Assembly: GCA_900556195.1 (NCBI GenBank)
Contig: USOJ01000001.1
Span: 1-24,856, forward strand
Direction: 5' to 3'
Origin: an uncultured Eubacteriales bacterium
GTDB lineage: Bacteria > Bacillota > Clostridia > Christensenellales > Borkfalkiaceae
Length of the DNA stretch: 24,856 nt
Both the position numbers and the translations under genes were made by a program. This document shows, piece by piece, positions 1-9,109 of the stretch. Below the pieces are notes generated by a model, which worked only from the letters and a program-made list of their open reading frames with translations, was not told the origin of the DNA and made no database searches. Every line of letters begins with the position of its first letter. Position 1 is the first letter of the stretch.

Positions 1-209
1 TTAAGACAGCCGCCGAAAAGTGTAATTCGGGCGTTGCGTATCACAATCTCGGAATTTGTTACGAAAACGGTTTCGGCGTGCGAAAAAATTACAGGAAAGC
101 AATCGAAACGTACGGCAAAGCGGTAGAGAACGGCGAAAAGGCGGGGCTCGAAGCAATAAAAAACGTTTACGCGAAGATGACTGCCGAAAAAAAAATCGGT
201 TTAGTATGA
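1..209 (+). CDS. Sel1-repeat (SLR/TPR-like) protein, C-terminal fragment (5' end outside window)
   Basis: Frame starting at base 3 is open to TGA at 207-209 and reads KTAAEKCNSGVAYHNLGICYENGFGVRKNYRKAIETYGKAVENGEKAGLEAIKNVYAKMTAEKKIGLV*. It contains the Sel1 consensus A-x-x-N-L-G-x-x-Y-x-x-G-x-G-V-x-x-(D/N)-x-x-K-A-x-x-x-Y-x-K-A. Not in the supplied ORF track. Confidence 0.85.
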   Translation, partial: KTAAEKCNSGVAYHNLGICYENGFGVRKNYRKAIETYGKAVENGEKAGLEAIKNVYAKMTAEKKIGLV

Positions 210-214
210 CGATC

Positions 215-269
215 AAAAATAAACTGCGGGCGGACGTAAAATTGCGTCCGCCCGCAGATCGGTTATTTT
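215..269. terminator. Bidirectional rho-independent terminator between convergent genes
   Basis: Perfect 13-bp GC-rich inverted repeat CTGCGGGCGGACG (224-236) / CGTCCGCCCGCAG (245-257). It is flanked by AAAAATAAA on the left and TTATTTT on the right, and lies between the stops at 209 (+) and 278 (-). Confidence 0.85.
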
Positions 270-277
270 ATTAAGCG

Positions 278-2584
278 TTACTTTTTATTTACGATCAAAA
301 ACAATCCTTCGCCGCCCTTCAATTTAACCGAGCCGCAGACGGTCTGCCCGCGTTGAAACCGCTCTATATCGGGCGCGTAAAACGAGTAACGTTCGTCGCC
401 CTTCATATAAATTTCGGTTTCCTGCTCGTCGGAAGAAAAGTTCGCAACGGCGACGTATTTTTTGTCTTTAAGTATGTATTCGGTCGCGCGGACGGCATAA
501 TTTGACAAAACGACGTCGTTACGATCGTCCCACCAGCCTATAAGTTCGGCTTCGCCGAGGTCGTAATCGTCGAATATCTTCCATATATCGAGCGGGTCGC
601 TTTCGTTCGTTTCCCAGCCCAAACGATTGGTCATGCCGAACGTCAAACCGCGATATTCGTTGCCGGTATCCATCATCTCGCTCATCACCCCGAACGGAAT
701 ACCGCTTATCTCGGTAAGCCAGAATTCGGGCGTTTCGTTGTAATCGAAACCTTCGCCTATCCAGCATTTATCTACGTACGGGTAGAGTTCGGTATAAAGG
801 GCGGCGCAGTTCGCCCGGCCCGCAAGGTCGCAATAATGATTCCATTGATGAAAATCTATATACGCGTTCGGTTTTTTATCGAGAATTTTCCTTACGCGCT
901 TCATCGTATTGCGGTCGTACGCCACGTCGTCGATATATATACCGTCGATATCCGTCTTATCGATAAGGTAATTCAATCCCTCGATATAAAAATTACACAG
1001 CCTCGATTGCCCTTCGGTGATGACTGCCGAATCGTAAAATCCGTTATATTTTGTACCTTTCAGCGGTTGCCGCCAGGCGGGGATAACGTCGCCGCCTACG
1101 TTTTCTTCTATCCATTTTTTCGCTTCTTCCTGCCAGGAAAGCGTTTCGACGTTTTTATTCCTTTCGGATATAATTTCGTGGTCAAAATCCCTAAGCGCCT
1201 TGAATTCGGGCATATTTACGGTAAGTTCGCGCACGGTGTAATAAATTTTTACCTCGATATCGTTGTCGTGCGCGGCTTTAACGAAATTTTTAAGCGCGTT
1301 TTCTTCGACGAACGGATAGTTTATATACGGGTTTAAGTCGTTGCCGTGGTGAACGTTTATTATATTCGCGCCGCCTTTTTTCGCCTTTTCAAGCCAGGTA
1401 TCCGAATCGAACATAGCGTGAAAAAAACGCATCGAAAATTGTTTTTTAAGGTCGATTTCTTTAGTCGGCGTAACTATAATATCGAAGTCGTAGCGTAAGG
1501 TTTCGCCCGCCTTCACAGTTCTTTTGCCCGAATAAGCGATAAAATTTTCGCCGTCGAAGCGTATGCCGCCTTTGCCGGAATTATCCCAACTTTCGGGTTT
1601 GTTGAGTTTTCTGTGGAAATAGTAGATATTTACGAACGGTTTGAGGTAATTTTTGCCTTTAAGTCTGATTTTTACGCCGGCGTTTACGTCGCCCACCCAG
1701 AATCCGTCCTGATCGAAATTTTCGTTCCACTTCCAATCGACTTTTTCGTCGAACAGCCCGCCCTTTTTGCCGAGCCCTATAAAATATTTACGGCAACGCT
1801 TAGATATCGGTAATTTCAAAGCGATATCGTCGACTTCTACGTCGTTTTTAGCGGTAAGGCTGACTTTATACCCGACGAATCCGTCGAATTCCGCGTCCGC
1901 TTCGACCGCCATGGTAAAATTTTCGCTTTCGGACACCCGACGGATAACGGCTTTGTCTTCGTATATTTCGTTCGTTCCGGATATATTCGAAAATTCTTCG
2001 TCGCCGACCGACAATTTAACGCCGCCGCTTAAAATCGGCGTGGGCGTACCGCAAATTTTAACGCTCTGACTAAAATAACTCGTCAATTCAAGAGGAAACC
2101 CCGAATCGTCAAACGTTATTTCTCTGCCCGCGATTTTTACGGTCTCGTCGCGATAGATTATCGGCTTAAAGGGCTTTGGAACGGAATTGTCGATTGCCAG
2201 GTCGGAATCGAGCCAGACGAGCCTTGAAAGATTATCCGCGATTTCACCCGATAAGATTTCGGCGCGGATATCGCCATTGAAAATTTCTTCGCCGCAAATA
2301 TCGGTAATCACCAGAAGACCGCTGCCCGCAGACCTTACCGCGCACCAAAAATTATGCGGTTCGTTCTTTTTAAGTTTAACCGTTTTTTCGAAATCTTCGC
2401 CGAGATAGTCTTTGCCCTTGCAGTTAAGACAAACTGCGGCTAAATTTTCAAACCGCAGATAAACGCCTGCGTCTTCGGTCGAAGTTACGCTTACCGAAAA
2501 CACCCTTACGCCGTCGGGCGGCATTTTTATTATCTTGTCGTAAACGACGGAAATGCCCGCCGTAACGTCGGAATTTATTTTCAT
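278..2584 (-). CDS. DUF6067 / GH123-related putative glycoside hydrolase, cytoplasmic (768 aa)
   Basis: Motifs GANIINVHHGNDLNPYINYPF, KIYYTVRELT, DGIYIDDVAYDR and ISGIPFGVMSEM are typical of DUF6067-type TIM-barrel proteins. No signal peptide. Last gene of the cluster. Confidence 0.6.
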   Translation of the reverse strand: MKINSDVTAGISVVYDKIIKMPPDGVRVFSVSVTSTEDAGVYLRFENLAAVCLNCKGKDYLGEDFEKTVKLKKNEPHNFWCAVRSAGSGLLVITDICGEEIFNGDIRAEILSGEIADNLSRLVWLDSDLAIDNSVPKPFKPIIYRDETVKIAGREITFDDSGFPLELTSYFSQSVKICGTPTPILSGGVKLSVGDEEFSNISGTNEIYEDKAVIRRVSESENFTMAVEADAEFDGFVGYKVSLTAKNDVEVDDIALKLPISKRCRKYFIGLGKKGGLFDEKVDWKWNENFDQDGFWVGDVNAGVKIRLKGKNYLKPFVNIYYFHRKLNKPESWDNSGKGGIRFDGENFIAYSGKRTVKAGETLRYDFDIIVTPTKEIDLKKQFSMRFFHAMFDSDTWLEKAKKGGANIINVHHGNDLNPYINYPFVEENALKNFVKAAHDNDIEVKIYYTVRELTVNMPEFKALRDFDHEIISERNKNVETLSWQEEAKKWIEENVGGDVIPAWRQPLKGTKYNGFYDSAVITEGQSRLCNFYIEGLNYLIDKTDIDGIYIDDVAYDRNTMKRVRKILDKKPNAYIDFHQWNHYCDLAGRANCAALYTELYPYVDKCWIGEGFDYNETPEFWLTEISGIPFGVMSEMMDTGNEYRGLTFGMTNRLGWETNESDPLDIWKIFDDYDLGEAELIGWWDDRNDVVLSNYAVRATEYILKDKKYVAVANFSSDEQETEIYMKGDERYSFYAPDIERFQRGQTVCGSVKLKGGEGLFLIVNKK

Positions 2585-2590
2585 ATTTCG

Positions 2591-4705
2591 TTATCGGATA
2601 ATTTCGTTTTCGCCCTTTTTAAGGCTGTACGCCGCGCCGTTTATCGTAACGGTTTTGTCCGTCGGCGATTTAACGCAAAGTTTAGTTATTTTGCCGTTTT
2701 TCGTTTTTGCCGAAACCGACAATCCGCCGCGAACGCGGATATTTTTTATTTCGACTTCCCTGTTCTTCCACTCGTCGGGCAAAGCCGAAAAGAGTTTGAT
2801 TTCGCCGCCGAAACCGTCGATTAAAAGCAGATGAAGCGCGTCGCAAAAAGCGTACAGGCTTTCGAGCGTAAACGGGCGGTAATGAAACCACGTATAGCCG
2901 TAATATTTATAATCGCCGTTCAGGTGAAAACCGTTTTCGCCGACGAAACCCTTCGCAAACTGCGTAAGTTTTTCGTTAGCCGAATTGCCACGCCCGCTCA
3001 AAGCGTAAATCTGCGCCGCCATCGGGAAAGAAAACCCCACCCAATAGCCTGTGCCTAAACTCTCTAAATGCGCGATAGTCGCGTTATAGACGCGTTTATG
3101 CTCGTCGGTATCGTACGGGATAAGCCGAAGCGGATAAAGGCTCATAAGGTGCGAAAAATGGCGATGCGTTTCGGGAAGTCGCTGCGTTTTATCGAGCATT
3201 ATAACGCCGTCTTCGTCGATTGCTATATCGTCGAATTTCGACAAAATTTCTTTATATTCGTCGGTCGGTTCGCCGAGTATTCCGGCGTATTTAACGAGCG
3301 TTTTATAAAGATAAATCAGAAGCGACAAATCGAAGTTCGAGTTCGGCGTAAGGTACGCTTTCGGTTCGTTGTCGAAAATTTCGGGCGACGACGAAAGCGG
3401 CAGATACAGTTTTCCGTCGCGTTCTTTAAGTATACCATTTATCGCCGATCCGACTTCTTTGAAAAACGGATAAGCGCGGGTTTTTAAGAATTTTTCGTCC
3501 GCGGTATATTCGTAATAATCGTCGAAACTCTGCGCCGCCCATATAGTCATGGTGGGCGAAAGCGAATATTGCGCCCAGCCGCCCATGGGTTTGCCGTCCA
3601 GAGTCGAACACGACGGAATAAGAATCCCTTTAACGCCGAAAAATTCTTTCGCAAATTTCTTAAACGCGGGGCGAAGTTTCCAGAGGTATTCTACGAAAGA
3701 AACGCCCTCGTCTATTCTGTTCGCGGCTAAATACGACTGATAAGACAGTTCGGTATTGGTGTCGTGATGATAGTCGCCTTTCCACGGCGGCAGACTGTCG
3801 TTATCCGCCGTCCACACGCCTTGAAGCGGCATGGGGTAACAACCCTTTCGAGAGCAGCATCTGAAAAGATACCAACTCTTTTTATAGGTGTCGTCCAAAA
3901 GTTTATCGCCCGTTTTTACCGACGATTTTTTATTACACCTTTGCCACGAGCGTTTATGGGCGACGAATAATTTATCGAAGCCGATTTCCGCGGCGGCGTC
4001 AAGCGCGTTTTTCGCGAAAGAAACGTAGTCTTTATCGTCGTCGGTCGTCGCGAGCGTATAGTAAATTTCGTCGCCGACATTTTTAGTAACGATACCGAAA
4101 GAATAATCGGTGTGAGTATTCTGTTCGTACCACTTGAAATCGCCGCTCGTTTTAAGTTCGGCTTTCGGGTAACCGAGCGTAACGCCCACGTCTTTGTCGC
4201 CTATCCCCGACCCGGTTTCGGAAGCGGAAGAAAGATAGGTAGGAACGTGTAATTTCAAGTCCGCTTCGCGGCGGAGTTTAATAACCCCGACGAGCGAGAT
4301 ATAATCGGTAAAGATTTCGGCGACGAGTTCGTCTTCGTCGTAAATTTTTACGATTGCAGACGATATATCGAGAACGTATCTCGCGTTTTTAAGTTGCGGC
4401 GTAAATGTCAGTTCTATTCTGCCCGCCGTAATCTTCGACGGGTACGGTTTGCCCATAAAAATATCTTCGAACAGCCTTTCGCGTTCTTTCCAGTCTTCCG
4501 GTATCCCGCTCGTCGAAAGACGAACGAGATTCGCGTAGTTAAAACCCTTTTCAAGCGTAACTTCGTTCGGTCGAAGATCCCACAAATCCGTTCTGTCTAC
4601 GGTGATTTTTATCGGGTTAGAGCCGTAAACTATACTGCCGATTTTGCCGTTGCCTATCGGCGCGCCTTCGTCCCAACGTTCGGTTTTCAATTCGATTTTA
4701 TCCAT
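2591..4705 (-). CDS. GH95-like glycoside hydrolase (alpha-L-fucosidase/alpha-L-galactosidase family), cytoplasmic (704 aa)
   Basis: N-terminal WDEGAPIGNGKIG (Glyco_hyd_65N_2-type), plus LQGVW...PPWKGDYHHDTN, SSSPE, HRHFSHL and a C-terminal LFSALPDEW...RVRGG sandwich. Start overlaps the upstream gene by 19 nt. Confidence 0.8.
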   Translation of the reverse strand: MDKIELKTERWDEGAPIGNGKIGSIVYGSNPIKITVDRTDLWDLRPNEVTLEKGFNYANLVRLSTSGIPEDWKERERLFEDIFMGKPYPSKITAGRIELTFTPQLKNARYVLDISSAIVKIYDEDELVAEIFTDYISLVGVIKLRREADLKLHVPTYLSSASETGSGIGDKDVGVTLGYPKAELKTSGDFKWYEQNTHTDYSFGIVTKNVGDEIYYTLATTDDDKDYVSFAKNALDAAAEIGFDKLFVAHKRSWQRCNKKSSVKTGDKLLDDTYKKSWYLFRCCSRKGCYPMPLQGVWTADNDSLPPWKGDYHHDTNTELSYQSYLAANRIDEGVSFVEYLWKLRPAFKKFAKEFFGVKGILIPSCSTLDGKPMGGWAQYSLSPTMTIWAAQSFDDYYEYTADEKFLKTRAYPFFKEVGSAINGILKERDGKLYLPLSSSPEIFDNEPKAYLTPNSNFDLSLLIYLYKTLVKYAGILGEPTDEYKEILSKFDDIAIDEDGVIMLDKTQRLPETHRHFSHLMSLYPLRLIPYDTDEHKRVYNATIAHLESLGTGYWVGFSFPMAAQIYALSGRGNSANEKLTQFAKGFVGENGFHLNGDYKYYGYTWFHYRPFTLESLYAFCDALHLLLIDGFGGEIKLFSALPDEWKNREVEIKNIRVRGGLSVSAKTKNGKITKLCVKSPTDKTVTINGAAYSLKKGENEIIR

Positions 4706-7700
4706 TTTATTTCGGTAGGTTTAAGGTTAATAATCGTCTTATTGCCTTGTATATCGTAAAATTCGGTCGTCTGCGGTCTATCGGAATTGTTTACTATCGC
4801 GTATTTCTTCGCGCTCGGATAATAGTTACATTCCGTAGCCGTATTCGTCGAATAGCAGACGTTTAAGTCTTTATTCGCAACGTAGCACATAGCCTTATAC
4901 AATAGCCTTGAATTTTCAAAACTATAAGGCAAACCCGTTATATAAAAACTTCTGCCCTTGCCGTATTCGTTTACCGCCATTTTTACTTCGCCGACGTTCA
5001 CGTTTCTCTTAAAACGTTCGCTGAAAGTTATATCGAGCACTTTCGCCCCGTCCAGAGCGTAGATATTCTTTTTATCTTCGCCGTAGTCTATATTATCAAG
5101 TCCGTCGGTAAGTTCGTGTTTTACTTTTTGTATATTGTATTTATCTATCGAAAGAGTATAGCCTATCTCTTCGTCTACGCCCATCACGTCGGCAAGTTGG
5201 AAATATCTTCCGTTGCCTTCGCACGCCGTAGGTTCTCCTACCCCTATAAATCCTCCGCCGTTATACACGAATTTGCGTACAGCCGTCTGCAACTTTTCGT
5301 CGAGCCACGCCTTTCCGCCTGAATACGACGTATACGCGTCTCCGGCGTTTATTATCACGTCTATATCCTGCGGTACTCCGTTTTTAACTTCGTCGAAAGA
5401 CAAGAATTCTATATCCACGGGAAGTCCGCTTATAGCCTCCAATATACCCTGATAGGAATATATCTGCTGATACCAAAGTTCGTGGGCGCACATATGGCTC
5501 ATCCAACTTCTCTTTTTGCCCCAGGCGTTCAGAAGTCCGACCTTTAATCTGCAATAGGGCTTTTTATCGTCTACCGCGTCGTATATCGTTCTGAACTCGT
5601 CGGCTATTTCCGCTACTCTGTCTACGAATTTCGGGAATTTAGCCGCCAACGAGAGATACCCGCCGAAACCCATACGGTCTATGGGTTTACGCATAATAGC
5701 CCTTCTTGCCGTTCGCCAGTTACGGTTGAGTTCGTCTACCGCGTTGTCTTCGTTTCCGTCGAAGAACGTATCGGGGAAGAAATACGGTAAAAATCTGCCT
5801 TCGTGGTATTTTACGTAAGGAATTTCGGATAACATTCTTACCGTTACGCCGCCGCCGACCGAGCCGACCACCGCGTCGAGATTCATATCCTTGAAATGCT
5901 CGCCGTAAGGCTCGCTGCCTATCCAGTCGTCGCCTAAAAACATCATCGCTTCTTTGCCGTAACTATGAACTATATCCACGAGTTCCCTTACGGTTTTGCT
6001 TACGAATCTCTCTACGAAGTCCATATACTTTCTGAACTTTTCGGTGGGCGTTCTGAAACAATTGTTATAATATCCGCTGTCTACGAAGTCTTCGGCTACG
6101 AGTTTTATTCCGCTTTCCTTTTCAAAGTCCGCTATTAAAACGGGGTTTGCGGTCTGACCGTAACCGAACCACTCCACTTGTCTTTCTTTGCCGAGATTAT
6201 TGAAGATGAGCGTGAACTGATACAAGAACGTAGTAAATCTTACAACGCTCGTTTCGGGGTTTTCTTCGCACCACTTCTTCATATGCTCCACGATATACTT
6301 CTTCGTATTCGGGAATGCGGGGTCGTAAGTGAGTTGTTTTTCGCAGGTCCACTCGTTAGTGAGATAGTTATATATCTGCACGGGGTGCCAGGTTACCCTT
6401 GCCAGAAACGTTACGGTGTATTCGTGGAAAGGCTTACAATTTTCTATTTCTACCACGCCTTTCTTCTGGCATACCTTCCAACTCGTTATCTCTTCGCCCG
6501 TAGTACGGTCGTATACCTGCCACAGATCGAGATAAGAATAGTCGGGGTCGAATTCGTCGGCTAAAAAGCCTTTCATTATCTCTATTTCGAGTTTTTCTTC
6601 CGTCGCCGGGTTGCGGTTTGAAAGCAGGAATATTCTCTGCGCTTCTTCGGGGTGTTTTCTCGCCCACTCGTTATCTCCGCGCACTATAAAGTACGTGTTA
6701 TACACCTTGCCGAACTGTCCTGCGTTTGCGGGTAATTTAGTACCGTCGCAATCTCTTACCGCGTCCGCGCCCCACTTTTCCGCTATTATCTTCGTTCCTT
6801 CTACGAAACTCTCGTCCGTAGGAATCGTAAATCTTCCTTTGCCGAACGGCAATTCGGAAGGATATAAATTATTAAATTCGATCTCTTTTACAAACGGCGA
6901 TATATCTTCGACGATTTCGTCGTTGACGTATACGTTTTCGTAACGTAAGCCGCTTAAAACGCAATTTACGTACGGGTCGAAAAGTTCGAGTTTTTTCTCT
7001 TTTATATATTGTGATTTCGGTCCTGCCGTCAGAAGATAAGAGTTTGGATATTTCGCTCTGTCAAGCCTCGTTTTAACGTTTTTAAGGGTAAACCCGTTTA
7101 CGTTGCTTCCGACTTCGAACGTCGCGAAATTGCCCGTTATCGGGTCTCCGTTAAGGTAATTCGGCTGTTTGTCGACGGGTTCGCGGGTGTCGGCGGAAAT
7201 ATTCTCGAAGACTATATTTTCGATTCTTCCGACCCCGACGTTTTTTTCGGGTTTCTCCGTATAGGCGGGGGTTTGAAGATAGAGTTTGAAAGTCGCAACG
7301 CCGCTTACGTTTTTAACGGTAAGATTTTTGACGAAACAGTCTTCCGTTTCGCCGTTTATATACGGGTAAACGCCGGGTTGAATACGTATGGACTTATGCG
7401 CGTGTTCGCCGCCGCTTGCGTATACGCCGTCGACCGTAACGTTTTCTATCCGCCCGAAATTTATCGCGGAATTATCCCAGTCGTAAGCGTTAAGAGCGAT
7501 AAGATCGTCTTCGGTATGCCCGTAAAGATTTTTAATCTCGCCGTTTACCGTTCCGCCGTTTACGTGCAGTCCGTCGGCGAAACAGTTCTCGAATTTTACG
7601 TTTTCTATCGAAAAGCCGTCTACCCTGCCGATCTGACAGGCAAACCCCGCGGTGTTACGGAAAGTAATGTTTTTAAGAGTAAGCCCTTTTACTCCGCTGA

Positions 7701-8121
7701 ACAAAAAGCAGGTTGAAACGCCTTTAAGCGTATTATCTTCGTCGAAACAACCCGACAAGCCGTAACCGAGCCTTTCTGTGTTTTCTTCCGCCCACACACC
7801 GCCTTCGATATAAATATTTTCGTCCGTCGGCGCAGAAGCGGCGCTTTTATACGATCCGTCGACTACGCTTTCGTTTCTTAAAAGCAGAGTTTTAACACCC
7901 TTTATAAGTACGATTTCGGCGTTTTTATCCGCGACGATTTCGGTATTCGATTTCACTATAAGCGAATTATCGATATAATAAACGCCTGCGGAAATATAAA
8001 TTTCGGAATAGTTTTGAAAGGCGTAATTAAACGCCTGCGTGCAGATTTTTCCGTCTTTATACGGCTTTAAGTCTTTACATAGAAGCGTTGACAAATCTAT
8101 TTTTTTCGCGGTTATTCCCAT
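4687..8121 (-). CDS. Fusion protein: N-terminal right-handed beta-helix (GH28/GH110-like, aa 1-~427) plus C-terminal GH112 1,3-beta-galactosyl-N-acetylhexosamine phosphorylase (aa ~428-1144; LnpA/GnpA-like)
   Basis: From about base 6840 the protein reads KGRFTIPTDESFVEGTKIIAEKWGADAVRDCDGT (GH112 N-terminus), then VVRFTTF, MMFLGDDWIGSEPYG and EGRFLPYFFPDTF. The N-terminal part has EIYISAGVYYIDNSL and ADGLH...EDDLIALN beta-helix motifs. There is no stop or ATG at the junction. Confidence 0.85.
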   Translation of the reverse strand: MGITAKKIDLSTLLCKDLKPYKDGKICTQAFNYAFQNYSEIYISAGVYYIDNSLIVKSNTEIVADKNAEIVLIKGVKTLLLRNESVVDGSYKSAASAPTDENIYIEGGVWAEENTERLGYGLSGCFDEDNTLKGVSTCFLFSGVKGLTLKNITFRNTAGFACQIGRVDGFSIENVKFENCFADGLHVNGGTVNGEIKNLYGHTEDDLIALNAYDWDNSAINFGRIENVTVDGVYASGGEHAHKSIRIQPGVYPYINGETEDCFVKNLTVKNVSGVATFKLYLQTPAYTEKPEKNVGVGRIENIVFENISADTREPVDKQPNYLNGDPITGNFATFEVGSNVNGFTLKNVKTRLDRAKYPNSYLLTAGPKSQYIKEKKLELFDPYVNCVLSGLRYENVYVNDEIVEDISPFVKEIEFNNLYPSELPFGKGRFTIPTDESFVEGTKIIAEKWGADAVRDCDGTKLPANAGQFGKVYNTYFIVRGDNEWARKHPEEAQRIFLLSNRNPATEEKLEIEIMKGFLADEFDPDYSYLDLWQVYDRTTGEEITSWKVCQKKGVVEIENCKPFHEYTVTFLARVTWHPVQIYNYLTNEWTCEKQLTYDPAFPNTKKYIVEHMKKWCEENPETSVVRFTTFLYQFTLIFNNLGKERQVEWFGYGQTANPVLIADFEKESGIKLVAEDFVDSGYYNNCFRTPTEKFRKYMDFVERFVSKTVRELVDIVHSYGKEAMMFLGDDWIGSEPYGEHFKDMNLDAVVGSVGGGVTVRMLSEIPYVKYHEGRFLPYFFPDTFFDGNEDNAVDELNRNWRTARRAIMRKPIDRMGFGGYLSLAAKFPKFVDRVAEIADEFRTIYDAVDDKKPYCRLKVGLLNAWGKKRSWMSHMCAHELWYQQIYSYQGILEAISGLPVDIEFLSFDEVKNGVPQDIDVIINAGDAYTSYSGGKAWLDEKLQTAVRKFVYNGGGFIGVGEPTACEGNGRYFQLADVMGVDEEIGYTLSIDKYNIQKVKHELTDGLDNIDYGEDKKNIYALDGAKVLDITFSERFKRNVNVGEVKMAVNEYGKGRSFYITGLPYSFENSRLLYKAMCYVANKDLNVCYSTNTATECNYYPSAKKYAIVNNSDRPQTTEFYDIQGNKTIINLKPTEIKWIKSN

Positions 8122-9095
8122 ATCGTAATTTCCCCCGAAACGTAATGCCAGTAATTGCCGGGGCGAGTAGGCTTTTCTTCGCTGTAAAAATACAACGTCG
8201 CGATTTCGGTCGTTATAGATTTCGCCGAAAAAGTAAAGCCGCCCGTACCCGTATAGGGTTCGCTTGAAACGTTTACCTTTTGCCAGTCGAACTCGCTGCC
8301 CGAGTAGTAAATTTTACGTAAATTCGCCCATATCCCGACGTTTTCGATTCGTTTAAGGCTACGCGGTAAAACGATAGACGACATATCACTTGCAAAGGCG
8401 TAAGACTCTATTACCTTAACGCCTTCCGGCAGGGCTAAAAAGTCGTATTTATGCCCTTGCGCCATACGCGAAGTAATCGTTTTTATAAGCGGCGGAATTC
8501 TGAATTCCGTAAGCGAAGAACAGTCTTCGAAAGCCGACGAGCCTATCGCGGTTACGGTATCGGGCAAAATCGCGGAAATCAGGTGATTGCAACTTTTGAA
8601 AGCGCCGTTCGCAACCGAAAGGAGCGCAGACGGAAATCTGACCGTTACGATAGTCTGATTGCCCCTGAACGCTTCGGCTTGAATCGAACTCACGGGCATG
8701 CCCTTGTAATAATCGAGCATATGCAAGTCGGGCGTTTCGCCGTTATAGCCCGTCGCGAGATAATAATCGCCCTTTAACGACTTTGAAAAACTCACCCCCC
8801 GCGTATACGTAACGGTATCTGCCGTCGTATTTTTGCTTACGGGTAAGTCAAAATCAAAATTCCATTCGGTAACGCAGTTTTCTCTTTCCGCGCTCGGCGC
8901 GGGAACGCTCTCTTCGTCTATTTTTTTGCCGCGTTCGACGATAATTTGTGCTTTCGTTTCGCCGCTCTGAATAAAATCAACGGTAACGGTTTCTTTTTCG
9001 GGTTTACCCGACCCGCAGCCCGCAAATACGGCGGAGCAACCCGCTAACGCAACGCATAACGCAAGCAATATTATTCTTTTAATTTTACTCTTCAT
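8112..9095 (-). CDS. BspA-type leucine-rich-repeat (LRR_5) lipoprotein (327 aa)
   Basis: Signal peptide with lipobox (LAGC/FAGC). TpLRR repeats such as AFKSCNHLISAILPDTVTAIGSSAFEDCSSLTEFRIP. C-terminal YFYSEEKP..GNYWHY..W motif. Confidence 0.8.
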   Translation of the reverse strand: MKSKIKRIILLALCVALAGCSAVFAGCGSGKPEKETVTVDFIQSGETKAQIIVERGKKIDEESVPAPSAERENCVTEWNFDFDLPVSKNTTADTVTYTRGVSFSKSLKGDYYLATGYNGETPDLHMLDYYKGMPVSSIQAEAFRGNQTIVTVRFPSALLSVANGAFKSCNHLISAILPDTVTAIGSSAFEDCSSLTEFRIPPLIKTITSRMAQGHKYDFLALPEGVKVIESYAFASDMSSIVLPRSLKRIENVGIWANLRKIYYSGSEFDWQKVNVSSEPYTGTGGFTFSAKSITTEIATLYFYSEEKPTRPGNYWHYVSGEITIWE

Positions 9096-9109
9096 AATCG
9101 ATTTTTAAC

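Noticed and set aside
187..195. A9 homopolymer as a phase-variation tract
   Set aside because: It lies in the last few codons of the Sel1 gene, so slippage would alter only the extreme C-terminus.
1..274. ORFs 1..216 (-) and 56..274 (+)
   Set aside because: Arg-rich alternative-frame or antisense readings of the Sel1 gene. The + ORF runs through the terminator.
4687..6840. Impression of different codon usage (more ATA/AGA) in the GH112 half, suggesting foreign origin
   Set aside because: ATA is also frequent in the beta-helix half and neighbouring genes. It cannot be supported without counting.
4687..6840. GH112 as Gal-beta1,4-Rha phosphorylase working with a GH28 rhamnogalacturonase on pectin RG-I
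   Set aside because: The WHPVQIYN and FLGDDWIG motifs resemble the GNB/LNB phosphorylase group more than my recollection of the GalRha group. Disfavoured, not excluded.
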